A program made the translations under genes and the position numbers. From Planctomycetaceae bacterium (GTDB lineage: Bacteria; Planctomycetota; Planctomycetia; Planctomycetales; Planctomycetaceae), in assembly GCA_028284145.1 (NCBI GenBank), contig JANQSH010000050.1, forward strand, positions 24,112 through 88,111: a stretch of 64,000 nucleotides of DNA. The letters run 5' to 3'. How positions within the stretch are numbered: the first letter of the stretch is position 1; every line of letters starts with the position of its first letter. Below the pieces are notes generated by a model that did no database searches, was not told the origin of the DNA, and worked only from the letters and a program-made list of their open reading frames with translations. Positions 25,353 to 34,705 of the stretch are shown piece after piece.

Positions 25353-27368
25353 ATGCGCGCCATCTATTTTGGATCATTGAGCAATGGCAGGGTCGTCATC
25401 TGTGCTATGTTTGGTCTGATGTCGGTCGTTACATATGTTAGCGCGCAAGAGAAAACTGTCGCCCCGTCGTCCTCGTTCGTGTCGTATCGTACGATCAGTC
25501 AACAACTGGCGCAACAGCAGAGGCCGGTAAGCTGGGTCAATTCCCGGCAGCATTCATCACACGAGTTCGATGCCTACACCACATGGAGCGTCAAGCCGGG
25601 AGATCAACGTATCCTCGGCGATGGACTCCTGTTTGTCCCATTGTGGCAGGATGGCGAGACACTGGTTTTTGCCGACATCAGAACGCACGTCGACAACGAC
25701 GACAATTTCGAGATGAACTGGGGACTCGGTGTTCGAACGTTTGTCGACGACGATTTGATTTTCGGAACGTACGCCTTTTGGGATATGCGTGATTCCTCGG
25801 AGGGGGGGATTTTTCATCAGGCAACCATTGGAGCTGAACTGCTGACACTCGACTGGGAAACGCGACTCAATGCTTACCTGCCGGATGGCGGGTCGCATCT
25901 TTCCGACCGCTCGTTTGTGTCGCTGGTCAATAATCGCGTATTGGTCAACACGTTTATCGAACGAGGGTATTATGGAGTTGACGCGGAATTTGGTTACCGC
26001 TTGAAAGCCTGGGGTGAGAATGATTCCTGTGAGTTGCGGGTTTTTGCGGGCGGATATCATTTCGACACGCATGCCAGCGGATATCAGAATATCTCTGGGC
26101 CTCGCGGTCGGGTTGAGTTACGACTCTACGATCTCGATTGGCTGGGCGAAGGCAGCCGGGTGACGATTGGTGGCGAGATCCAGCACGATGATGTCCGCGA
26201 TACGCAAACATTTGCCATGGTGCGCGTCCGTATTCCCCTCGGTCGCCAATCACAACGACAACGACTCAGCCCGCTCCGCCGACGCATGATCGATCGCGTG
26301 GTTCGGGATGTCGACATCGTGACGAACACAAACGTCATTGTGGAAGAGGCTATCGACACTCTGTCCAACAGCGGATTTGGAGTTGTCACGATCGAAGATG
26401 GCACAAACACAACCCTGCCAGCCACGGTGACGGCCCATGGGCGTGAAAACACGATCGTTGTGGACGGTTCAAAAGGACCGGTCACGCTTCCCGCTGGCAC
26501 GCCAATTGACTTGCGGAACGGTCAGAAGATCATTGGCGGTGGTGCGCAAGTTGCCGTCTATGGCGCTCAGACCGGCACTCCCCTTATCTGGAATGTTCCT
26601 GGTTCGCGACCTACCATTACACAGTCTGACGCTGATGTTCCTGTGATCATCATTGACGATCGCACAGTGACCAGAAATCTGAATGTCGTTGGCGGTGGCG
26701 TTGGCATTGTCGGTATCAGCAAGGATGATATCTTCATCGTCAATAACCATGTTTCAGGGGCGGACGATTCGGGCGTATTGTTCGGTGATGGTATTGCACT
26801 CGCGGGGACCAGCAGTGGAACCCTCCTGAACAATACTTCCGTCAATAATGATGGCGACGGGTTCTTCATCGACATCTTTACCGGCGGAACAATCAGCAAC
26901 AATGCGTCTCGCAACAACGGCGATGATGGATTTGAGTTTGATACCATCTTGGGTGGTTCTTTGAAGTTCAATCTTGCTTTTGACAACGACGACGAAGGTT
27001 TCAAGTTCGACACATTCTCTGGCGGTGAAGTACTGGGCAACATCGCGATCGGCAACGGTGACGATGGATTCGATTTCGAGGATTTCACCAGCGGACTGTT
27101 CACACTCAACCTCGCCATTGACAACGATGAAGATGGTTTCGATTTCGACAATGATATCATCGGCGGAACCATCACCGAAAACTTTGCCAGTGACAATGCT
27201 GAGAGTGGATTTGACTTCGATGGTGAAATCAGGGGTGGCATCTTCTCGGAGAATGTCTCAAACGATAACACCCTGCTTGGTTATGACGGTGCCGTCATCC
27301 GCCCAGCCGCGACTGTCATCAATAACACCGGTTTTGGAAACAGCGGTGGAAACGACACGTTGCCATAA
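25353..27368 (+). CDS. Inverse-autotransporter-like outer-membrane protein with parallel beta-helix repeat passenger
   Basis: 671 aa. The signal peptide is ...VVICAMFGLMSVVTYVSAQE. The N-terminal part NWGLGVRTFVDDDLIFGTYAFWDMRDSSEGGIFHQATIGAELLTLDWETRLNAYLP follows the intimin/invasin beta-domain pattern (NLGLGxRxF...GxNxFxD...GxE...NxY). The C-terminus has 6-7 units of ~23 aa, N-[ND]-x-[DE]-x-GF-x-[FI]-[DE]....GG, at 26841-27290. Confidence 0.65.
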   Translation: MRAIYFGSLSNGRVVICAMFGLMSVVTYVSAQEKTVAPSSSFVSYRTISQQLAQQQRPVSWVNSRQHSSHEFDAYTTWSVKPGDQRILGDGLLFVPLWQDGETLVFADIRTHVDNDDNFEMNWGLGVRTFVDDDLIFGTYAFWDMRDSSEGGIFHQATIGAELLTLDWETRLNAYLPDGGSHLSDRSFVSLVNNRVLVNTFIERGYYGVDAEFGYRLKAWGENDSCELRVFAGGYHFDTHASGYQNISGPRGRVELRLYDLDWLGEGSRVTIGGEIQHDDVRDTQTFAMVRVRIPLGRQSQRQRLSPLRRRMIDRVVRDVDIVTNTNVIVEEAIDTLSNSGFGVVTIEDGTNTTLPATVTAHGRENTIVVDGSKGPVTLPAGTPIDLRNGQKIIGGGAQVAVYGAQTGTPLIWNVPGSRPTITQSDADVPVIIIDDRTVTRNLNVVGGGVGIVGISKDDIFIVNNHVSGADDSGVLFGDGIALAGTSSGTLLNNTSVNNDGDGFFIDIFTGGTISNNASRNNGDDGFEFDTILGGSLKFNLAFDNDDEGFKFDTFSGGEVLGNIAIGNGDDGFDFEDFTSGLFTLNLAIDNDEDGFDFDNDIIGGTITENFASDNAESGFDFDGEIRGGIFSENVSNDNTLLGYDGAVIRPAATVINNTGFGNSGGNDTLP

Positions 27369-27401
27369 CTCCAATGGTTAATTTTGACCTGCTCCCGATG
27401 C

Positions 27402-27752
27402 TCATGCCGCACGGAATTGCCTGAGTCTCCCGGCCTGGTTTGGTTGAGCAGCGCGCGTCAGGATCTTTCGGAGTTCACCCAGAACGCCTGCGCAATACCA
27501 TTGACGGTGGTACGCGTAAACCGTTGCCCAGGGCGGGAAGTCGTGGGGCAACATCCGCCAGACGCAGCCGGTTCGCCATCGGTAGTTGATCGCATTCACC
27601 ACGTCTCGGATATTGGTGGTACGATTTCGTCCGATGGACGGTTCAGCGGGCAAAATGGCACAAATCTGTGACCATTGTTGATCACTGATATCGCTGGGGT
27701 AAGTCGGTCGAGTTCTTCTGTCTGATCCGTTTTGTGATACATCTGTGGCCAT
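27402..27752 (-). mobile_element. IS5-family transposase remnant (OrfA/DUF4096-like N-terminal fragment only)
   Basis: The 116-aa ORF ...YPSDISDQQWSQICAILPAEPSIGRNRTTNIRDVVNAINYRWRTGCVWRMLPHDFPPWATVYAYHRQW matches the conserved N-terminal domain of IS5/IS427-group transposases. No DDE domain follows, and no terminal inverted repeats were recognised. Confidence 0.7.
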
Positions 27753-27820
27753 AGGATTTCCTCATTTCGCTTTTGCCGGAAAACGGCCCGCTCATCTTGC
27801 AGTTCGGTCAATTCTGTGAA

Positions 27821-28012
27821 TCAATCATCGTCTGGTATTTTGTGACGCTGACGTTTTAACGACAGTCGCAGTGACTCCATATCAGCCCGCATCCAACGGC
27901 GGCAAAGTTCCGTCATCGGGATCTTTTTCCGGGCAGCCTCTTCGCGAATCATTTTCCAGTCATCAAGGGAAAGGAAAATCGAGATTTGCTTTTTCAGTGG
28001 AGATAGTCCCAT
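27821..28012 (-). CDS. Ribbon-helix-helix (CopG/Arc-like) small DNA-binding protein
   Basis: 63 aa, MGLSPLKKQISIFLSLDDWKMIREEAARKKIPMTELCRRWMRADMESL. This is a beta strand (ISIFLS) followed by two helices, the RHH pattern. It is divergent from the XRE gene across an A/T-rich spacer. Confidence 0.55.
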   Translation of the reverse strand: MGLSPLKKQISIFLSLDDWKMIREEAARKKIPMTELCRRWMRADMESLRLSLKRQRHKIPDDD

Positions 28013-28224
28013 GTTACAGCCCTTTCCTGAAACCTGGCCCTTAACAAGAATCGAGGAGTGAATTCCGGCATCTCACCGCTCTGGATACTGTTCTTTAGTA
28101 TACATTCTTTTGGTCTGGTTTCAATGTTGATGTCTTAAAAATGATCAGAAATTGTCAAGAAAGATGTTTTTTGTTTTGTTTTTGTGTGGACATCATGTGG
28201 ACAGTCGGTCACAGTGTTGGAATC

Positions 28225-28848
28225 ATGACGTCCACGCAGGAAAACTACACAGGCAATCGGGTCCGGCAGTTGCGGAAGGCGCGAGGCTGGGATCAAAAGG
28301 AATTGGCCGGGCGGGCAGGGATTTCCCGCACCACGCTCATCGCCCTGGAGAATGGGAAGACGGAGACACCCCGCCTTGCCACGCTTGAACAGTTGTCCGC
28401 GGCATTCAAGGTTTCCGTGCGGGACTTATGTGATTCGGCGATCGCTGTGCGTCAGTTGCCGACAGTCGAATTCGTGGCAAAAGAACTGGCAGGACTGCCG
28501 ACGGACGAGGATTCCGAAGCGGCGAGGCATTTCGATCAACTGACCAACCCGGTGGTGAAACAGGTCGCTGCGGAGTCGCCCACGTTGTTTTCCGGATGGG
28601 ATGAGGCAGACTGGAACGAGTTATACAGCACTTTCGGCACGGGCGGGCAGTTGACAGAATTCGGAGTACGGCAGACTGCTGCGAAGATCAATCAGCGTCG
28701 AGAAATCCTTCGGAAACTCTGCATTGTGCTTGAAACCGAATACTCCGATCTGGCCGAAGAGATGATCGAGTTGCTCTATCGTCGAACACAGCCGACAGAC
28801 AATCTCGACAACACGCCGGAATTGCGACGTTTGCTGAGCGAACGCTGA
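28225..28848 (+). CDS. XRE-family helix-turn-helix transcriptional regulator with an uncharacterised C-terminal domain
   Basis: The HTH is NRVRQLRKARGWDQKELAGRAGISRTTLIALENGKTETPRLATLEQLSAAFKVSVRDL. The ATG at 28225 (MTSTQENYTG) is preferred because the upstream codons from 28141 are Cys/Phe-rich and lie in A/T-rich, promoter-like DNA. Alternative starts are 28141 and 28195. Confidence 0.75.
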   Translation: MTSTQENYTGNRVRQLRKARGWDQKELAGRAGISRTTLIALENGKTETPRLATLEQLSAAFKVSVRDLCDSAIAVRQLPTVEFVAKELAGLPTDEDSEAARHFDQLTNPVVKQVAAESPTLFSGWDEADWNELYSTFGTGGQLTEFGVRQTAAKINQRREILRKLCIVLETEYSDLAEEMIELLYRRTQPTDNLDNTPELRRLLSER

Positions 28849-29232
28849 CCGTACAAAGTCCGTCATTCGTTCAAGCCTCGTGCGGCCTTCGATACCGGGC
28901 GTATCCTGGAGGGAGTTGTCTGTCAAGATACGTTTGGGAGAGGTATCGGAAACGCCTCTTCCCTTTTGCGATCAATGTCTGCCTCCTTGCCGATCAATGC
29001 CTGATTCGGTATCTTGAAACATTGATGTGTTCGCGCTTCCTGCCTCGCAAACATTCCTGAAAATTGCTGCACAAACAGACTTGTTGTGGAAAAGCCAGAT
29101 TGATTCGATACGAACAAGCATGAAATCTGCTCCATCGTCTTGTGGAGATGCTGGACAAGCAAACCTGCTGAGTTGTGTTGCCGGATCTGTTTGCGATTGG
29201 AATGTTTCCTGTTACGCACGGAGATCCCATTT

Positions 29233-29673
29233 ATGAACCGGAATTTTGGTTGGGAACGAATTCTCCACCTCGGTGGAATGATAACTGTTATCTCGCTGAT
29301 GACGTTGGTGTCCGCCTGCAGTTTCAGCGCGTCTGAGAGCGAAACTGAGACGTCCGCCGCCCAGCAGGAAAAGTCGGCTTCTGGTGGCGCTGACTTGTCG
29401 GATTCTGATGACGATTCCGCCGACACGCGAACGGCTGCATTGGCGAATGTCCGTGCGGAAGCAGGCTCTGCCATTCCGTTTAATCCCAACATCCCCATTG
29501 CCGATTTCCGTGAAGCTGGCTCAACAATCGTGACTCGCGAAACGGGATCGACAATTGCAACGGGATCGACAATTGCAAATAGTGAAGCGGGCTCTGCATT
29601 GAGATATTCCCCACATGCCTTTCCGGGCGAGCCGCGCGGTTCCTCGACCGGCGGAGGCATCATCGTTCCCTGA
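29233..29673 (+). CDS. Small low-complexity lipoprotein (hypothetical)
   Basis: The ATG at 29233 gives MNRNFGWERILHLGGMITVISLMTLVSAC with a lipobox (L-V-S-A-C), followed by an acidic/Ser-rich tail. A perfect in-frame 18-nt tandem duplication (29542-29559 and 29560-29577, TGSTIA x2) supports this frame. Confidence 0.45.
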   Translation: MNRNFGWERILHLGGMITVISLMTLVSACSFSASESETETSAAQQEKSASGGADLSDSDDDSADTRTAALANVRAEAGSAIPFNPNIPIADFREAGSTIVTRETGSTIATGSTIANSEAGSALRYSPHAFPGEPRGSSTGGGIIVP

Positions 29674-29863
29674 GTCAACCGTCGATCGCGGTCAACCGTC
29701 GACCGCAAGTTGCAAAAGCAGTTCGACCGAACCACCACAACCAGGCCAGCCAACTTTCATTTTCGGTTTCGGTGTTAACAGTTGACGGACATTGAACCCT
29801 GAGCTTGAACGTTTGATTTTTCACGACTTCGATTTTCACGACGACGAAGATGAGAAACACCCC

Positions 29864-32644
29864 ATGACCCGACCACACAAAATTGCTCGTTCCTGTTGTG
29901 CCATTATCCTGTTGTTGGGAATGACCTGGTCTTTGCTGGCTCAAGATGCCACGCCAGACCCGACCGCGACAGCCGCACCTGTCGAGGTGTCAGTTGACCA
30001 ACCAGCGGAAAATGAGAAGCCCAGGAACTCGGAATCGAAACAGGGTGAAAAACCGACCGGTGAAATGACAGAAGAACCGGCCGGGAAAGAAGCCCAACAG
30101 CCGGAAGAGATACCGAAGAAACCTGAAGACGGTGGAGAGGGACCGAAGACGTCGGCCAAAAATGAAACGGAACCATCCGATAGCGGAAACGGCGATACCC
30201 CAGCCGTCAGTGCACCCTGGGGCGCAAAACAATTCGATTGGCCCCACTGGCGTGGTCCGGAGATGAACGGCATCTCTCGCGAGACTGGCATTCCCGACTC
30301 GTGGTCGCCCGATGGCGAAAACCTGCTCTGGAAACGGGAAGACCTAGGCACACGTTCCACGCCGATCGCCATGAATGGCAAGCTCTACTTCATGTGTCGC
30401 GATAATCCCGGGACGGAAAAGGAAGGGGAAAAAGTCGTCTGTCTCGATCAGTTCACCGGCGAAACACTTTGGGAAAATCGTTATCCAATTTACCTCTCAG
30501 ATGTTCCCGACACGCGCGTCGGCTGGTCAAGCGTCACAGGCGATCCGTCAACGGGCAACATCTTTGCCATGAGCGTGTGTGGTCACTTCCAATGTCTCAA
30601 TGGTGAAACGGGTGAATCGATCTGGTCGCATTCTCTGAAAGAGAAGTTCGGTGTACTCGACACATACGGCGGTCGGACGAACTTCCCGATCGTTTACAAG
30701 GAAGTGGTGATTATCAGCGGTATTGTCATCGGCTGGGGTGACATGGCGAAACCGGCTCACCGATTTCTCGGACTCGACAAGCGGAACGGTCAACCGATCT
30801 GGTTCACGCAAACCCGCATGTTCCCCTACGACACCACCTACAGCTCTCCGGTGTTGACGACCGTTGACGGGCAGGATGCCATTGTCTTTGGTTCCGGCGA
30901 TGGGGGAGTCCATGCGTTTCAACCTTTGACCGGAAAAAAAATCTGGACGTACAACGTCTCGCGCCGTGGCATCAATACGACGCCGGTCGTCACCAGCAAT
31001 CTCATTATTTGCGGTCACAGTGAAGAGAACCTCGGCACCAACAAAATGGGTGCCTTGTTCGCCCTCAGTCGGGATTCCGGCGAGGAACAATGGAAGCAAA
31101 TGGAGTGGATGGTCGGCAAAAGCTCACCGATTGTTGTCGATGGCCGGATTTATGCGGCAGAAGATAAAGGGACGCTGATAGTCACCGACGCGAAAACCGG
31201 TAAGGAAATCACGACCGAGAAGCTGCGTGGTCCTGTTCGTGCCAGTCCATTATACGTCGATGGGAAGATCTACATCATCACTTCCAACAGTGTCTGGTGG
31301 GTCTTCAAACCGACCGAAGATGGTTTGGAGAAGATACAAGGTGGACGATTGAATGCGGGCGAAGTGAACGCCAGTCCGATCGTCTCTCACGGTCGCATGT
31401 ACATCCCGACGATGGACGCGTTATATTGCATCGGTTCGTCGGATGATGTGAAACCTCAGGGTGGAGAGCGACCTGCTCATCAACCGCTTCCCGCACCGGA
31501 AGGCGATGATGCAGTACCCGCGCAAGTACAGATCGTTCCGGCAGAATCGCTCTTGTTTCCAACGCAGAGGCAGAATTTTGAAGTCCGCCTGTACAATGCC
31601 AGGGGGCAGTTTCTGGGAATGGCCACGCGACCACTGTTTTCGGTCGACGCAGGAGCCATCTCGCCACAGGGTCAGTTTGCATCACCCACGTCCGACAAAC
31701 ATTATGCAGCAACCGTCACCGCCCAGGTCGGGGAGTTGACCGGAACGGCACGCATTCGCGTCGTCCCCAGCCTTGATTGGCAGTTCGATTTCTCCGATGG
31801 TCAAGTTCCCATCACCTGGGTTGGCTGTCGTTATCGCCATATCGTGGTTGACTTCAACCTCTGGCAGAAATTGAAGGATGCAAACCCGGTTGCGGCTGAT
31901 TTGTACATCGCCGCGATGACTGGTTTCGTCAACCTCAGCAAAGAGACGCTTGCCTACGACAACAGTACGCCGAAGCAGAACTGGTCCAATCTATTGCGGT
32001 TTATCGACAGGTTTGAAGCCGTCCGCACTTTGGACGACGCCAGGAAAACGTTGGATCCCGGTTTGGATCTGCTCAAAAAGGAAGGCGTGATTGCCGATTG
32101 GACCTGGTCTGAAGCCGAAACCGGCGGACCAAAGCTGATAGTCAACAAAGGTGAGCGAAAGGTTGATGGCAATGGTGTGCTGATGAAGATCAACACAATT
32201 CCCAAAGGAAAACGGAGTCAGGGATGGTTGGGGCATTCGCAATTCACCGACTATACCTTCCAGGCTGATGTTCTGGCTCATGTGCGGGACAACAAAATGC
32301 CCGATATCGGCATCACGGCCCAACGTTATGTGTTTGATCTGATGGGGGCCAGTCAGCAGTTGCAAATCCGAACATGGCATCCGCAGTTGGATCGCATGTC
32401 CGAAAACGTGTCATTCACCTGGGAGCCACATAAGTGGTACACCATGAAATTCATGGCGAGTCATGAAGACGGCAAAGCGATTCTCAAAGGCAAAGTCTGG
32501 CCGAAAGGTGAAGAGGAGCCTGCCGAGTGGCTGATCGAAGCTGAAGATGAGCATGGGCATTTGATCGGCAGTCCGGGCTTCATGGGCAATGCGTTTGACA
32601 CCGAGTTGTTCTACGACAATATCTCTATTACGAAGAACAAATGA
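29864..32644 (+). CDS. Exported PQQ-like beta-propeller repeat protein with C-terminal Ig-like and LamG/DUF1080-like domains
   Basis: The ATG at 29864 gives MTRPHKIARSCCAIILLLGMTWSLLAQD (signal). An acidic Pro/Glu/Lys-rich spacer follows, then WPHWRGPEMNGISRE... and repeated propeller blades (GKLYFM, GNIFAMS, GRIYAA, GKIYII, GRMYIP). The C-terminus ...FTDYTFQADV...WYTMKF...GSPGFMGNAFDTELFYDNISI is jelly-roll (LamG/DUF1080)-like. Confidence 0.8.
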   Translation: MTRPHKIARSCCAIILLLGMTWSLLAQDATPDPTATAAPVEVSVDQPAENEKPRNSESKQGEKPTGEMTEEPAGKEAQQPEEIPKKPEDGGEGPKTSAKNETEPSDSGNGDTPAVSAPWGAKQFDWPHWRGPEMNGISRETGIPDSWSPDGENLLWKREDLGTRSTPIAMNGKLYFMCRDNPGTEKEGEKVVCLDQFTGETLWENRYPIYLSDVPDTRVGWSSVTGDPSTGNIFAMSVCGHFQCLNGETGESIWSHSLKEKFGVLDTYGGRTNFPIVYKEVVIISGIVIGWGDMAKPAHRFLGLDKRNGQPIWFTQTRMFPYDTTYSSPVLTTVDGQDAIVFGSGDGGVHAFQPLTGKKIWTYNVSRRGINTTPVVTSNLIICGHSEENLGTNKMGALFALSRDSGEEQWKQMEWMVGKSSPIVVDGRIYAAEDKGTLIVTDAKTGKEITTEKLRGPVRASPLYVDGKIYIITSNSVWWVFKPTEDGLEKIQGGRLNAGEVNASPIVSHGRMYIPTMDALYCIGSSDDVKPQGGERPAHQPLPAPEGDDAVPAQVQIVPAESLLFPTQRQNFEVRLYNARGQFLGMATRPLFSVDAGAISPQGQFASPTSDKHYAATVTAQVGELTGTARIRVVPSLDWQFDFSDGQVPITWVGCRYRHIVVDFNLWQKLKDANPVAADLYIAAMTGFVNLSKETLAYDNSTPKQNWSNLLRFIDRFEAVRTLDDARKTLDPGLDLLKKEGVIADWTWSEAETGGPKLIVNKGERKVDGNGVLMKINTIPKGKRSQGWLGHSQFTDYTFQADVLAHVRDNKMPDIGITAQRYVFDLMGASQQLQIRTWHPQLDRMSENVSFTWEPHKWYTMKFMASHEDGKAILKGKVWPKGEEEPAEWLIEAEDEHGHLIGSPGFMGNAFDTELFYDNISITKNK

Positions 32645-32825
32645 CCATCGATTGGCGAAATTCTGGAACTGGTTTCAAAGCCGGTTGGTGGCCAGATTTC
32701 ACGCATAACTTCCGTCGTGATTTCGCAGTATGCAGAGGTTTTGAAATCTCCTGTAACTTGAATCTCCACCCCGCCTTGTGGATTCCCATTTCACAACGAG
32801 AACGTTCAAAACGAGAAAGAAAACG

Positions 32826-34577
32826 ATGCAGAAATTTCTATCCCGCCTGATTTTCATTCCGCTGACGGTAGCCATCCTTATGACGACCATGATTGTGATT
32901 GGACAGGATGCGGAGGACACCACTCAATCACCCGTTCCGGAAACCACGGAGGCAACAGCCGAGGAAATCTTAGAAGGAACAGCCGAAGATTCCAGGTACG
33001 ATCCCACCGCCGCTGCGTTGGCCGAAATTGCATCGATGGATGTCGGCAAGAGTGACTGGCCGCAATGGTCGGGCTGGTCGCATCGTAACAATACGCCCGC
33101 TGGCAAAAACATTCCCACCGAATGGGACATCGACGAAGGCAGGAACGTAAAGTGGTCGGCCAAACTCGGATCGCAAACGTATGGCAACCCGGTCATCGCG
33201 AATGGCAGGGTTTACGTCGGTACCAACAACGAAGGTGGCTACCTCAAACGCTATCCCCCGATGGTCGATCTCGGTTGCCTGATCTGTTTCGACGAAGAAA
33301 CAGGTGAGTTCCTGTGGCAGCATTCCAGTCCCAAACTCTCGGCAGGTCGTGTTGTCGACTGGCCTTTACAGGGCATTTGTTGTGCACCTTACGTCGATGG
33401 AAAAAGGCTCTGGTTTGTCACAAGCCGGGGTGAAGTTCGCTGCCTCGATACTGAAGGTTTTCACGACGACGAAAATAACGGGCCCTATAAAGCCGAGGAT
33501 AACGAAAACAAAGATGAAGCAGATGTCATCTGGGTCTTCGACATGATGGGCAAACTCGGCAGTTTCCAGCACAACATGTGTAGCTGCTCCGTCGCCTGTG
33601 CGGGTGACATTCTGCTGGTCAACACGTCCAACGGTGTTGACAACGGCCATGTCAATCTTCCCTCCCCCAACGCACCCAGTTTCTTCGCCCTCAATCGTGA
33701 CACGGGCGAACTGCTCTGGTCGGACAATTCCCCCGGTACCAATGTGCTGCATGGTCAGTGGTCTTCACCGACTTATGCCGAACTCGGCGGCCAACCGCAG
33801 GCACTCTTCGCTGGCGGTGATGGCTGGTTGTACAGTTTCGATCCCAAAGGGGATGGCAACGGCAAGTCAAAACTGCTTTGGAAATTCGACTGTAATCCCA
33901 AGGAAACCAAGTGGATTCTCGGCGGTCGTGGCACACGCAACAACATTATCGCCACTCCTGTGGTGTATGATGGCCTGGTCTTCGTCGCTGTCGGTCAGGA
34001 CCCGGAACATGGCGAAGGAGACGGGCATCTGTGGTGTATTGATCCGACAAAACGGGGCGACGTCAGCCCAACCATTGCACTGGATGCCGAAGGCAATCCG
34101 ATGGAGCATGTCCGATTGCAGGCAGTTGATCCCAACAAGGGACATTCGACCAGATCGAATGAAAATTCCGCAGTCGTCTGGCACTATAGCTGGATCGACG
34201 ATAATGGTGACGGCAAGTCGCAATTCGAGGAGCAACTCCATCGTTCCTGTGGTACCGTCGCCATCAAAGACGATATCCTGTACATCGCTGATTTCAGCGG
34301 CCTGTTCCATTGTCTTGACGCCCGCACTGGTAAACGTCACTGGACCTACGACATGTTCGCCGCGTCATGGGGGTCACCGCTGATCGTCGAAGGGAAGGTT
34401 TACGCTGGTGATGAAGATGGTGATGTGGTCATTTTTGAGCACAGCACGGAGCGGAAAATGATCGCCGAGATCAACATGGACAACGCAGTCTACACCACAC
34501 CTGTTGTTGCCAACGATGTGTTGTATATCGCCAATAAATCGACGTTGTACGCGTTGAAAGCACCGGACACCGAATAA
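32826..34577 (+). CDS. Exported PQQ-like beta-propeller repeat protein
   Basis: The ATG at 32826 gives MQKFLSRLIFIPLTVAILMTTMIVIGQD (signal/anchor), then WPQWSGWSHRNNTPAGKNIPTEW and blades (GRVYVGT, KRLWFVT, GDILLV, GLVFVAV, DILYIAD, GKVYAGD, DVLYIAN). It is a paralog of the upstream gene. Confidence 0.82.
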   Translation: MQKFLSRLIFIPLTVAILMTTMIVIGQDAEDTTQSPVPETTEATAEEILEGTAEDSRYDPTAAALAEIASMDVGKSDWPQWSGWSHRNNTPAGKNIPTEWDIDEGRNVKWSAKLGSQTYGNPVIANGRVYVGTNNEGGYLKRYPPMVDLGCLICFDEETGEFLWQHSSPKLSAGRVVDWPLQGICCAPYVDGKRLWFVTSRGEVRCLDTEGFHDDENNGPYKAEDNENKDEADVIWVFDMMGKLGSFQHNMCSCSVACAGDILLVNTSNGVDNGHVNLPSPNAPSFFALNRDTGELLWSDNSPGTNVLHGQWSSPTYAELGGQPQALFAGGDGWLYSFDPKGDGNGKSKLLWKFDCNPKETKWILGGRGTRNNIIATPVVYDGLVFVAVGQDPEHGEGDGHLWCIDPTKRGDVSPTIALDAEGNPMEHVRLQAVDPNKGHSTRSNENSAVVWHYSWIDDNGDGKSQFEEQLHRSCGTVAIKDDILYIADFSGLFHCLDARTGKRHWTYDMFAASWGSPLIVEGKVYAGDEDGDVVIFEHSTERKMIAEINMDNAVYTTPVVANDVLYIANKSTLYALKAPDTE

Positions 34578-34658
34578 GAGTGTATTACGCTCTTCTGTGC
34601 CGCGATGGCATCGTTGGGCCTGCAAACACAGCCCCTCCACGAGCCAGAGACATCACAC
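34576..34658 (+). repeat. Intergenic repeat family, copy a (hairpin-first orientation)
   Basis: AAGAGTGTATTACGCTCTT palindrome, then CTGTGCCGCGATGGCATCGTTGGGCCTGCAAACACAGCCCCTCCACGAGCCAGAGACATCACAC. It aligns by eye with the copies at 35742, 44389, 53527 and 55961, and starts at the stop codon of the PQQ gene. Confidence 0.85.
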
Positions 34659-34705
34659 TGGAAGGTAATGTTCCAGATCCTGGCGAATACAGATTCAACT
34701 CAAAG

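Noticed and set aside
27596-27811. 71-aa minus ORF downstream of the RHH gene, considered as a possible toxin partner
   Set aside because: It starts at a TTG, overlaps the IS5 OrfA remnant in another frame, and has no toxin-family features. It is likely spurious.
28923-29753. 276-aa minus ORF
   Set aside because: It has no motifs and an odd composition. The opposite strand carries a lipobox-containing ORF with an in-frame 18-nt duplication, and the minus ORF would run through the XRE-lipoprotein intergenic region.
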